DNA from: a virus
Lineage: Duplodnaviria > Caudoviricetes
Strand: one strand, 5' to 3'
IMG/VR virus record: IMGVR_UViG_3300045008_000062
Span: 1 to 62,926 of that record
Length of the DNA stretch: 62,926 nucleotides
Shown here: piece by piece, positions 9,553 through 18,518 of the stretch
Layout: each line of letters begins with the position of its first letter
How positions within the stretch are numbered: the first letter of the stretch is position 1
Translations under genes and position numbers: made by a program
The notes under the pieces: generated by a model
The model's database searches: none
What the model saw: only the letters and a program-made list of their open reading frames with translations
Told to the model about the DNA's origin: nothing

Positions 9553-10095
9553 GTGACGTTCGACCTCGGACCATTCATCACGGGGGATCATCATTACGCC
9601 CTGCTGGAGCATGTACTCACTGAGTACCGGCCCGAGGGTGTGGCTTTGGAGTTCGGGGTCGGACCTGGGCAGAGCACACGCCTGATCGCCACACACATGC
9701 CGGTGATCGGGTTCGATTCGTTCGCCGGCCTTCCCGAGGATTGGCGACCTGAGTTCCCCCGGGGCAGCTTCGCTTTCGCCCCGCCGACAATCCCGAACGT
9801 TCGGCTGGTGGTCGGATGGTTCGACGCCACCCTCCCAACGTTCAACTTCCCCGACAACGTTGGTTTGATCCACATTGATTGCGACCTGTACTCATCCACG
9901 GCGACCGCCCTGCAGTTCTCCGACCCGAAACCGGGCACCATCCTGGTGTTCGATGAGTTCTTCGGCTACCTCAACGCTGAGGATCATGAGCAGCGCGCCT
10001 TCCAAGAGTGGGCCGACAAAACGGGGATGTCGTGGGATGTGATCGGCCACGGCCACCACGAACAGTGGGCCATCAAGTTGAAGGACACCCGATGA
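9553..10095 (+). CDS. Class I SAM-dependent O-methyltransferase (TylF/MycF-like)
   Basis: Motifs LEFGV, GFDSFxGLP, IHIDCDLYSS, ILVFDE. Confidence 0.85.
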   Translation: MTFDLGPFITGDHHYALLEHVLTEYRPEGVALEFGVGPGQSTRLIATHMPVIGFDSFAGLPEDWRPEFPRGSFAFAPPTIPNVRLVVGWFDATLPTFNFPDNVGLIHIDCDLYSSTATALQFSDPKPGTILVFDEFFGYLNAEDHEQRAFQEWADKTGMSWDVIGHGHHEQWAIKLKDTR

Positions 10096-10949
10096 GAACC
10101 ATCATGTTCGTGTTCGGTGGCCGGAAACCGAACATCGAGTTGGCGTTGCCGTTCTACAAGCGCATCCTCGACGAAAACCCGGACGTGGAGATCCATTTGT
10201 GGGATCTGGCCCGCGACATCCACGACTCCCGCTATATGCGCACCCTCACCGGTATCGACCGGCTCACGGTGCGCACCGAGTTCTATCAGGGCAACGGCAG
10301 AGCCATGTCGGGGCAGAACCGGGTGTGGAACCACTACACCAACCCTGAATACCAGGATTGCGTGTTCGTCAAAGCAGATGACGATGTCGTCTTCTACGAC
10401 ACCGATAGGTTCAGAGCGTTCCGCGACTCCATCACCGCCGATGATGTCACTTCCGCCCTGACGATCAACAACGGCGCCTCCACCCGCCACATCCCCCCAA
10501 TATGGGAGCTGTACGAGCAGTTGAACATCCCCCTGCTGGATGTGCATTTGTCCGCCGAGTACGCGGAGCTGTCGCACCGCTGGTTCTTCGACAACTGGCA
10601 AACCCTCACTGCAGGCGGCAGCCCTGTCCGCACCGAGGAGTGGGTGTCGATCAACTGCATCGGATACACCCACAACACCGGTAAACGTATCGCCGGCCTG
10701 TTGGGCACCCGCCCCCCCAGGGAGATCGCCGGCCGGTTCTTCACCCCCCGCAACCGGGTCGGAGACGAAGGCGCAGTGAACATGCTGCCACGCCTCATCC
10801 ACACGGGGTTCACGGTCGCTCACTTGAACTTCGGCCCACAGATCCGTCAGATGGATGACGCCTTGTACGCGGATCTGCGTAAGCAGTACGCCGACGTTGG
10901 ACGCCAATACCTCTGCGACAACACTACTCAGGTAGGATTGAACACCTAA
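10092..10949 (+). CDS. Glycosyltransferase (GT-A fold)
   Basis: 'FVKADDDVVF' DxD motif; 'SINCI', 'GDE', 'VAHLNFGPQ'. Confidence 0.75.
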   Translation: MRTIMFVFGGRKPNIELALPFYKRILDENPDVEIHLWDLARDIHDSRYMRTLTGIDRLTVRTEFYQGNGRAMSGQNRVWNHYTNPEYQDCVFVKADDDVVFYDTDRFRAFRDSITADDVTSALTINNGASTRHIPPIWELYEQLNIPLLDVHLSAEYAELSHRWFFDNWQTLTAGGSPVRTEEWVSINCIGYTHNTGKRIAGLLGTRPPREIAGRFFTPRNRVGDEGAVNMLPRLIHTGFTVAHLNFGPQIRQMDDALYADLRKQYADVGRQYLCDNTTQVGLNT

Positions 10950-11020
10950 TCGAAAGCGGCCCGGACGGTGCTACCAACACCGCTACCCGGGCCTAACCGC
11001 TCTACAGAAGGCAAGCGGCT

Positions 11021-11749
11021 GTGAACGACGATACGTGTTCAATCGAACAGTGTGAACGCCCCCGCAAGTGTCGGGGTTATTGCGATACGCATTACAAGCG
11101 CTGGCTGCAAGGGCGGCCACTAGAGGCACCCTTCAAGCGCACGCGATGTTCTGAACGTCAATGCACAGTGGATGGCTGTGAGCGGAAGCAATTCGCCCTG
11201 AAGATGTGTCAGTGCCACTACAGCCGCAATCGAAAGTACGGCGACCCCTTACTAGGGCCGCCGCCAGCACAGAAGTTCTCGTCTATCGAGGAACGGTTCT
11301 GGGCGAAGGTGGATAAGACCGGAGACTGCTGGGTGTGGACTGCGCATCTGTTCCATGATGGATACGGCCAGTTCGCCACCAAGACCAAAGGCGTCACGCG
11401 GACATGGAGAGCCCACCGCATCGCCTACGAATGGGCGTACGGCCCCATCCCCGATGGGATGTTGGTCGACCATCGCTGCCACAACCGCCGATGTGTAAAC
11501 CCCGATCACCTACGGTTAGCCACTCGAAACCAGAACAACCAAAACCGTCAGGGCGCGCAAAGCAACAGCAGATCCGGTATCCGCGGGGTGCAGCAACTCC
11601 CAAGCGGGCGATGGCAAGCCCGCGTCCGACATCGCCGACAAGATATCCATGTCGGGATCTTCGATACCGCTGAGCAAGCCGAAGCGGCAGCTATCGCGAA
11701 GCGCAATGAACTGTTCACTCACAACGACAGGGATCGCCTCAGAGTATGA
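11021..11749 (+). CDS. HNH homing endonuclease (2 N-terminal Cys/His zinc repeats, HNH_3, AP2-like)
   Basis: CxxxxC..RGYC..HY repeats; 'ERFWAKVDK..CWVW', 'AHRIAY...DHRCHNRRCVNPDHL'. Confidence 0.9.
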   Translation: MNDDTCSIEQCERPRKCRGYCDTHYKRWLQGRPLEAPFKRTRCSERQCTVDGCERKQFALKMCQCHYSRNRKYGDPLLGPPPAQKFSSIEERFWAKVDKTGDCWVWTAHLFHDGYGQFATKTKGVTRTWRAHRIAYEWAYGPIPDGMLVDHRCHNRRCVNPDHLRLATRNQNNQNRQGAQSNSRSGIRGVQQLPSGRWQARVRHRRQDIHVGIFDTAEQAEAAAIAKRNELFTHNDRDRLRV

Positions 11750-12453
11750 GCAACGCGTTCGTTGTGGCATTCAGAGATCGCGGTGTCGACGAGTACCGCA
11801 AGAAGAACTTCGACTTCGTCACCGAGTATGTCCGTAAACTCGACCTTGGCCCCGTCTACATCGTTGACGACGGCCGCACGGGTTCCGAGTCGTTTTGCCG
11901 GCATGCGGCATACAACGCCGGCAGCCGCCGCGCCTTCGACGCAGGCGCCACCACCATCACCTACTACGAGGCGGACATGATCGTTCCCCGCCAACAGTTG
12001 GTGGACGGCATCGCCGCGGCCCTGGAAACGCCACGCCTGGTCATCCCCTTCGATGCCAGGCACGAGTACGACGCCGACCAGTCCGATCAGATCATCAACG
12101 GCGCCGACCCGAACACCTTCACAGCCCCAGTCATCAAGCGGGCACCTCGAAGGATCGGCGCAGTCAACATCATCAGCGCCGAAACCTACCGGGCCATCGG
12201 ATGCTGGGATGAGCAGTACGCCGGCAGCCACTGGGATGACCGCTCAATGGGTATCGCCTTCCGTGTTTGCACTGGCAATGACGAGAGGTGGATACCGGGA
12301 CCCTCGCACCATCTTCACCATCTGCCCGGGTATCAGGGCGGGCATCTGACGTTCGAGGATCGTGCAGCCACCGCACGCAACCGCAGACGCTTCATGAAGT
12401 ACGAGCGAGCACGAACCCCCGAACAGATCCGCCGCCTCACCACAGGCAACTAA
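11746..12453 (+). CDS. Glycosyltransferase (GT2/GT7 C-terminal-like)
   Basis: 'VVAFRD', 'AAYNAG', 'EAD', 'IGCWDEQYAGSHWDD', 'HLHH'. Confidence 0.8.
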   Translation: MSNAFVVAFRDRGVDEYRKKNFDFVTEYVRKLDLGPVYIVDDGRTGSESFCRHAAYNAGSRRAFDAGATTITYYEADMIVPRQQLVDGIAAALETPRLVIPFDARHEYDADQSDQIINGADPNTFTAPVIKRAPRRIGAVNIISAETYRAIGCWDEQYAGSHWDDRSMGIAFRVCTGNDERWIPGPSHHLHHLPGYQGGHLTFEDRAATARNRRRFMKYERARTPEQIRRLTTGN

Positions 12454-12455
12454 AG

Positions 12456-12797
12456 ATGCCACGCCAACGCCTGAGGGTGTGCAACCAGCCAGGCTGCCCC
12501 CACCTCCAACGAGGCCCACGATGCCCGGATCATGAGCGGGAACACGAACGGTATCGCTGGGAAACAACACCCACGAAGGTCACCAGGGAAGCCGACAAGG
12601 CCAGACGCAAAGCCGCAGTCGACCAACACCGCGCCCGCTTCGGCGACTGGTGCCCCGGCTACAACAGAGACCCACACCCCACCGAAGACCTCACCGCCGA
12701 CCACATCGAAGAGATCGCCCACGGCGGCGACCCACACGGCCCACTCCAAGTCCTCTGCCGATCATGCAACGGACGCAAAGCCAGAACTACTCGATGA
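12456..12797 (+). CDS. HNH endonuclease, terminase-associated (HK97 gp74-like)
   Basis: CxxxxC..CxxH N-terminus; 'TADHI.....GG......LQVLCRSCNGRK'; lies just upstream of the terminase genes. Confidence 0.85.
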   Translation: MPRQRLRVCNQPGCPHLQRGPRCPDHEREHERYRWETTPTKVTREADKARRKAAVDQHRARFGDWCPGYNRDPHPTEDLTADHIEEIAHGGDPHGPLQVLCRSCNGRKARTTR

Positions 12798-13221
12798 ACT
12801 CATTACCCGAGTTGCTACACATCAGCCGCGCCGCAGCCACACTCTCCGCCGCGCCGTCACTGTAGATCGACACAATCGCCCGCTTCTGCGCGATCTGCTC
12901 ATCCCGATCCAGGATGCATCGCCGCTTCAACCCAGGAATCGCCCCGAACTCCTCCTGCGTATAGGACACGACCGCCCCGGCACACATACCGTCACCGGGA
13001 ACCTGCGGATTGAAAACCTGCACATAGTAGGGGCCACCTTCAAAGGTTTCGAACCGGCAGAACCGAGCATTCATCCGCCCACCAGGCGGCGTCGTCGTCA
13101 CCACAGACGACACCGACGACGACACAGACAACCGCCCTTCAGGCTCTGCCGTGCCAGCCGTCTGAGCGCCACACCCGCCCACCATCAACACCACACCCAG
13201 CGCCGCCAAAGTTCGCCCCAT
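12787..13221 (-). CDS. Putative lipoprotein (moron-like)
   Basis: MGRTLAALGVVLMVGGC signal/lipobox-like N-terminus, Ser/Thr linker, Cys-containing domain. Confidence 0.65.
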   Translation of the reverse strand: MGRTLAALGVVLMVGGCGAQTAGTAEPEGRLSVSSSVSSVVTTTPPGGRMNARFCRFETFEGGPYYVQVFNPQVPGDGMCAGAVVSYTQEEFGAIPGLKRRCILDRDEQIAQKRAIVSIYSDGAAESVAAARLMCSNSGNEFIE

Positions 13222-13229
13222 CCCGCGAT

Positions 13230-13406
13230 GGTAACGCACACACGCAACGCCGCTGACCTGCACAAACACACCACGCACGCCACTGACCTGCACGTTTGCG
13301 AACCACCCCCTGCCGGGTGACCCCAAGTAAGGCCACCCGGACACACCCTGGCCAAGGGGACTCGCAGTCCAGACCCCTGAAATGTTTGTAGAAAGGCATA
13401 GCTGCC
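13230..13406. other. Probable packaging origin (cos) region
   Basis: Non-coding gap before terS; sharp change from C/A-rich to G/T-rich top strand; tandem CTGACCTGCAC repeats. Confidence 0.5.
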
Positions 13407-13826
13407 ATGACCCCACGCCCGCTACCTGCAGGTTTGGCTGAGGGTGGTGCTGCGCTGTGGGAGTCGGTGACTGAGGCGCACTCCTTGGATGAGGTGCAGG
13501 CGGTGCAGTTGTTGGAGGCGTGCCGGGCGAAGGACCGCCTGGACAAGTTGGACATGTTGTTGCGGGGCGATGTCGATACGTGGGCGAAGCTAGTTCACAA
13601 GACGCGCACCGAGGATTACGAGCTGCACATCGATGATGCGTTGGCGAAGGCGAATGCGACGGCGAATCAGATGAAGCAGTTGTTGGCATCGCTTCGGCTG
13701 CCTGATGATGCGGGGAAGCGTCCGCAGGCACGTGGTGGGGCGCGGGGTTCGTATGCGGCGTCCGCGGCGAAGGCGGGGAAGGTGTCGTCGTTGGATCGGG
13801 CGCGGGCCGCGAAGACGGGTGCCTGA
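13407..13826 (+). CDS. Terminase small subunit
   Basis: GAAAGG RBS; 'G..LW..V...L.EACR..DRLD.L...LLASLRLPD' family; precedes terL. Confidence 0.85.
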   Translation: MTPRPLPAGLAEGGAALWESVTEAHSLDEVQAVQLLEACRAKDRLDKLDMLLRGDVDTWAKLVHKTRTEDYELHIDDALAKANATANQMKQLLASLRLPDDAGKRPQARGGARGSYAASAAKAGKVSSLDRARAAKTGA

Positions 13827-15423
13827 TCGTTGGGCTGGGCCGTTGTTCGACGGCCATATCTGCTCTGTCGGCTATGAGGTCCTGGATTGGATTCACGAGT
13901 ACGCCTGCCATGGGGTGGGTGATATTCAGGGCCAGCCGTTGGATCTTGATGATGAGATGCGTGACCACATTGTGGAGGCGTACCGGATAGATCCGGATTC
14001 GGGTCGCCGGGTTTATAACGAGGCGGTGTTGTCTCGGCCGAAGGGTCGGGCGAAGTCTGAGATCGCTGCTTTGGTGGTGTGCGCTGAGGCTTTCGGGCCG
14101 GTGCGTTTCGATGGGTGGAATACTGAGGGGCAGCCTGTTGCGCGGCCGGTGAACTCGCCGTTGATCAAGTGCCTTGCCACGGAAGAGGGTCAGGCGGGAA
14201 ATACGTTCTCCACGGTGGCGTTCATCGCTGGGGAGTGGGGAAAGGATGTTCACCCCGACATTTATGGGGCGGCGTCGGGGGTTCGTCAGTATCAGTCTGC
14301 GACGGCGATCTATCTGCCTCATAACGGGGAGATCCGGGCGTGTACTTCGGGGGCGGCGTCGAAGGACGGCGGTTTGGAAACTCATGTGGTGGCTGATGAG
14401 ACACACTTGTATGTGTTGCCGGAGTTGCGGAACATGTATGCGACGACGGCGAGGAACATGGGTAAGCGTTTCGACGCCGATCCGTGGCTGCATCAGACTT
14501 CTACGGCGTACCGGCCGGGTGAGAACTCGGTGTTCGAGGAAACGTTGACGTTGTGGCGGATGAAGAAGCTTCCTCCGTCGGTGTTTGTGAATCATCGTGA
14601 GGCGTCGGGGAAGATCGACATCACCGACCGGGAGCGCACCATCCGCCAACTGCGGGAGGTGTACGGCGAAGCCGCCGAGTGGATTGACCTGGATCGCAAG
14701 TTCCGCGACATGAACGATCCGCGGATCTGCCCTGACGAGGAGACCGCGGCGCGGTACTTCCTGAACCGGCCGTTGTCGTCGAAGGATGCGTTCATCCCTG
14801 ATGATGTGGTGAAACGCCAAGCCAGGGCTGAGGCGGTGGCGCCAGGGGAGCGGATCGCTCTGGGGTTCGACGGTTCGTTGAGTGATGACGCAACAGTGCT
14901 GATCGGGTCCCGGCTGTCGGATGGGTTCCTGTTCCCGGTGGGAATCTGGGCCAAGCCCGCCGGCAATGAGGGTTTGTGGTGGGAAGTTCCGAGATCGGAT
15001 GTGCTGGCGAAGATCCGGGAGGCGTTCGCCCGCTACGACGTGACCAGGATGTACGCAGACCCGCACGAGTGGCGCTCTGACCTGGACGATTTGGCGGAGG
15101 AGTTCTCCGAGGAGCGGGTTGTGCAGTGGTCCACCACCCGGGATATGCCGATGCACTCTGCTCTGGACCGTTTGAGAACTGACCTGATGAACGGGCAGCT
15201 GTGGCATTCGGGTGACCCGTTGATGATGGAACACTTCTCCAACGCCTATGTGCGCATGAAGGGCCGCTATCGGCTGGTGCGCAAAGAGCATTCGAAGTCT
15301 GACCGCAAGATCGACTCCGTGGTGGGCGCCACCCTCGCCTACGAAGCGAGGGCTGATTCCCTCACCGCAGTTCCTAAAGGTGGTTTGACACGGGTCGGGC
15401 GGGGTTCTGTCCGCGGATACTAG
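13819..15423 (+). CDS. Terminase large subunit
   Basis: Walker A RPKGRAKS, Walker B VVADE, nuclease GFDGS..DD and KIDSVV. Confidence 0.95.
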   Translation: MPDRWAGPLFDGHICSVGYEVLDWIHEYACHGVGDIQGQPLDLDDEMRDHIVEAYRIDPDSGRRVYNEAVLSRPKGRAKSEIAALVVCAEAFGPVRFDGWNTEGQPVARPVNSPLIKCLATEEGQAGNTFSTVAFIAGEWGKDVHPDIYGAASGVRQYQSATAIYLPHNGEIRACTSGAASKDGGLETHVVADETHLYVLPELRNMYATTARNMGKRFDADPWLHQTSTAYRPGENSVFEETLTLWRMKKLPPSVFVNHREASGKIDITDRERTIRQLREVYGEAAEWIDLDRKFRDMNDPRICPDEETAARYFLNRPLSSKDAFIPDDVVKRQARAEAVAPGERIALGFDGSLSDDATVLIGSRLSDGFLFPVGIWAKPAGNEGLWWEVPRSDVLAKIREAFARYDVTRMYADPHEWRSDLDDLAEEFSEERVVQWSTTRDMPMHSALDRLRTDLMNGQLWHSGDPLMMEHFSNAYVRMKGRYRLVRKEHSKSDRKIDSVVGATLAYEARADSLTAVPKGGLTRVGRGSVRGY

Positions 15424-15435
15424 AAGGAGGTCACG

Positions 15436-16878
15436 GTGACTTCACCCTACGAAGCCACGATGGCCGCCTGGGCAGCCACCGAGGGTTTATCTCAATTGAA
15501 GCCCCGAGCCACGGTGATGCTGCCCGTGATGCCCGCTGAGGGGCTTCCGGAGTGGTGGCGGGACCGCCTCTACAAGAAGATCACGGAGCGGCGCCCGTAC
15601 ATCGAGTTCATGGAGGACTATTACTCCGGTAACCATCCGCTGCCGTGGCTTCCCGCGCAGGCGAGGGCTGAGTTCCGCCGCATCTTGGCGATGACCCGCT
15701 CGAACTACATGGGTTTGGTGTGTGACGCCCAGGTGGAACGGATGACCGTTCAGGGGTTCCGCATCGGGGACAGTGTGGACGCCGACAAGGAAACTTGGCG
15801 GATCTTTCAAGCCAACAACATGGACTCCGACCTGGATCAGGGATTCCTGGAGGCCGCGAAGTGTGGCTACGCCTACCTGATGGTGGGGCCGAACCCGCGG
15901 GATGAGAAAACACCTCGAATGTCGGTGGAGCATCCGCTGCAGACGATTGTGGAGACCGAGCCCGGGGATCGCAGGTCCCGCGCTGCGGGATTGAAAACAT
16001 GGCTGGATGACTGGACGGGCGAGGTTGTGTCCCGCCTGTACCTGCCGGACTGGGTGTTCGGGTGGCGCGGGAAGGTGTCGGCGACGAGCGGTGTGCCGCA
16101 GTGGAAGCCCGACGGGGAGCCCTACCGCAATCCCGTGGGCGAGGTGCCCATCACGGAGCTGCTGAACAACCCCCAATTGTTGGGTGGGGGACGGTCGGAG
16201 CTTCACGACCTGACCGATATTCAGGACCGGGCCAACAAGACGATTGCCGACCGGTTGATTACCCAGGACTATGGGGCTTTCCCGCAGAAGTGGGCCACCG
16301 GGTACCCGGAGGAAACCGCCGACGGGAAACCCAACACCATCGACATCGGGCGGGACCGCATGGTCACCTCAGATGTGAAAGAAACCCAGTTCGGGCAGTG
16401 GTCCGCCGCCCCCCTGGACCCGTATTCTGCGGCGAAACGCGAAGACGTGAAGGACATTGCGTCCCGCTCCCGTACCCCCGCGCAGTATTTGTTGGGGGAG
16501 ATGTCGAACGTCAACGGCGAGACGTTGAAGGCGTCCGAATCGGGGTTGGTGTCGAAAGTGCGGCAGCGCTTCCGTGGCCACGAAGACGGCATCGAGGATG
16601 CCGCCCGGATGGCGCGCCGCCTGGCCGGCATCTCCACCGACGCCGATGGGTCCATGGAAACGATCTGGCGCGACCCCCAGTATCGGACTATCGCCGAGGT
16701 GACGGATGCGGCGATCAAACGCCTCCAGTCCGGCGGAATCACGTTGCGGCAGTTCCGGGAAGACTGCGGATACTCCGCTGCGGAGATTGAACGCATGGAA
16801 GCTGAGGATGCGGTGGGCGACCCGCAGTTGGAGCGTCTGTCACGACAGTTCGTAGACGTGACAGGTGACACTGCCTGA
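15436..16878 (+). CDS. Portal protein (SPP1 gp6-like)
   Basis: GGAGG RBS; 'YYSGNHPL','NYMGLVCDA','GAFPQKWATG'; follows terL. Confidence 0.93.
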   Translation: MTSPYEATMAAWAATEGLSQLKPRATVMLPVMPAEGLPEWWRDRLYKKITERRPYIEFMEDYYSGNHPLPWLPAQARAEFRRILAMTRSNYMGLVCDAQVERMTVQGFRIGDSVDADKETWRIFQANNMDSDLDQGFLEAAKCGYAYLMVGPNPRDEKTPRMSVEHPLQTIVETEPGDRRSRAAGLKTWLDDWTGEVVSRLYLPDWVFGWRGKVSATSGVPQWKPDGEPYRNPVGEVPITELLNNPQLLGGGRSELHDLTDIQDRANKTIADRLITQDYGAFPQKWATGYPEETADGKPNTIDIGRDRMVTSDVKETQFGQWSAAPLDPYSAAKREDVKDIASRSRTPAQYLLGEMSNVNGETLKASESGLVSKVRQRFRGHEDGIEDAARMARRLAGISTDADGSMETIWRDPQYRTIAEVTDAAIKRLQSGGITLRQFREDCGYSAAEIERMEAEDAVGDPQLERLSRQFVDVTGDTA

Positions 16879-17857
16879 CGCTGCAGCCACCTACTGGCGG
16901 CGGCAGCAGAACATCAACGCCTCCACAGTGGCTTTAGCGGGCCGCATGTGGCAGGTGAGCAACGGCAACCCCGACCGCTGGGAAACGGCTGCTCAACACT
17001 TAGCGGCGGCGGTGTCGAGAGCCCAGGCCACAGCCGCGATGCTCGCCGAAGAGTACATCGAAAACACTCTCACCGAACTCGATATTGATGTCGAACCACT
17101 CGCCCGCATCACCGCAGCGCCGCTGATCGGGCGCACCGGCTCCGGATTCCCTCTCGGGGAGTTGTATTCGGGGCTTCCACAGCAGTTGGCGCTCCACAAG
17201 CAGCGCCTCGGCGAAGACCTCGCGGCGCTGACAGCGACCAGGCGCCAACTTGAAGCCAGCGTTCAAACCACCATCTCTGACACCGGCAGAGCCGCGGAAT
17301 CGCTACACATCGCCATCCGGCCCCGGGTGGGATATGTGCGGATGCTCAACCCGCCCTCCTGTAAGCGGTGTGTAGTTCAGGCGGGGAAGTACTTCAAATG
17401 GAACACCGGATTCAAGCGGCACGAACGCTGCGACTGCCGCCACATCCCCTCCTCGGAGTCAGCGTCCGGGGATTTGAGGATCAACCCGAAGAATTACTTC
17501 AGAGGGTTACCGAAAGAACAGCAGGACAGAGTGTTCGGAACTCGCGGCGCGCAAGCCATCCGGGACGGCGCGAACCTTACCCAAGTGGTCAACGCCGACC
17601 AAGGTATGAGGGTGGCGCAGGTATACGGACGGAATCTGGCGATCACCGACCAGGGCGTCACCCGGTTCGGCTTCGCCGGCCAAATCAACCGCGCCAGAGG
17701 GCGAAGGGCGTCCACCACACCGCGGTTGATGCCGGAAAGCATCTACCAGATCGCCGAGGACCGCAAAGACGCGGTACGGCTGCTGCGGTTGAACGGCTAC
17801 ATCCGTCCCGAAGACGCCGGAGTCCCAGACATTGAGTCTCTACTTCGCCTTGAGTGA
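16865..17857 (+). CDS. Head morphogenesis / MuF-like minor capsid protein
   Basis: 'YVRMLNPPSCKRC','FKRHERCDC' motifs; between portal and scaffold. Confidence 0.8.
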   Translation: MTLPDAAATYWRRQQNINASTVALAGRMWQVSNGNPDRWETAAQHLAAAVSRAQATAAMLAEEYIENTLTELDIDVEPLARITAAPLIGRTGSGFPLGELYSGLPQQLALHKQRLGEDLAALTATRRQLEASVQTTISDTGRAAESLHIAIRPRVGYVRMLNPPSCKRCVVQAGKYFKWNTGFKRHERCDCRHIPSSESASGDLRINPKNYFRGLPKEQQDRVFGTRGAQAIRDGANLTQVVNADQGMRVAQVYGRNLAITDQGVTRFGFAGQINRARGRRASTTPRLMPESIYQIAEDRKDAVRLLRLNGYIRPEDAGVPDIESLLRLE

Positions 17858-17941
17858 TTGAAACTTCCCCCATTTAGGGGTTGTCGCCCACATCCAGCGA
17901 TCAATGGATGGGTAGTGCCGACGGGCTTACGGGAGAAAAAC

Positions 17942-18460
17942 ATGACTGCGGAAGCAGGGAACGACACCGAATCAGGCCAGGAATCCCCCGAGGGCGCCCC
18001 CTCGAAGGAGTTCGAGCCGATCACCTCGCAAGAGCAACTGGACCAGTTGTTCAACCGTAGGTGGGCGCGTGAGCAGGCCAAGATTCACGAGCAGTACAAG
18101 GGATTCGACGAGATCAAAGCCAAGGCTGAACGCTTCGATGAACTCGAAGCCGCCAACCAAACTGAGTCTCAACGAATCCAGGCGGAGCGCGAGTCAGCGT
18201 TGCAGAAGGCAGCCGAAGCTGAAGCCCGTGCAGCAGCAGCAGAGCAGGCCGCTTTGCGGCAGCGCATCGCCATCGAAGAAGGTCTCCCCCCGAAGTTCGC
18301 GTCCCGTCTCACTGGTGAAACCGAAGACGAGTTGCGGGCCGACGCGAAGGAAACCTTCGGCGATTTCATCGCCACACCGTCGTTCGACCACGGACCGCGG
18401 AGCAAATCCGCGCCGAAGTCGATGAACGACCTCATCTTCGGCGCAGCACAGAAGCGCTGA
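17942..18460 (+). CDS. Scaffolding protein
   Basis: GGGAG RBS; coiled coil; 'RLTGETEDELRADAK'. Confidence 0.85.
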   Translation: MTAEAGNDTESGQESPEGAPSKEFEPITSQEQLDQLFNRRWAREQAKIHEQYKGFDEIKAKAERFDELEAANQTESQRIQAERESALQKAAEAEARAAAAEQAALRQRIAIEEGLPPKFASRLTGETEDELRADAKETFGDFIATPSFDHGPRSKSAPKSMNDLIFGAAQKR

Positions 18461-18518
18461 AAACCGCAGGACACCGGCACGGCCCGGTAACTGCCAACAC
18501 TAGAAGGAGATACCAACC

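Noticed and set aside
10950-11749. Group I intron splitting a single glycosyltransferase
   Set aside because: Both flanking ORFs have their own complete GT motifs, the non-coding part is only about 70 nt and there is no 3' intron core.
12787-15291. 834-aa minus-strand ORF (and similar long antisense ORFs such as 24357..26000, 18432..19748, 32073..33146)
   Set aside because: Shadow frames of high-GC genes (terminase, tape measure, capsid, tail); only the last 144 codons of the 834-aa ORF look like a real gene.
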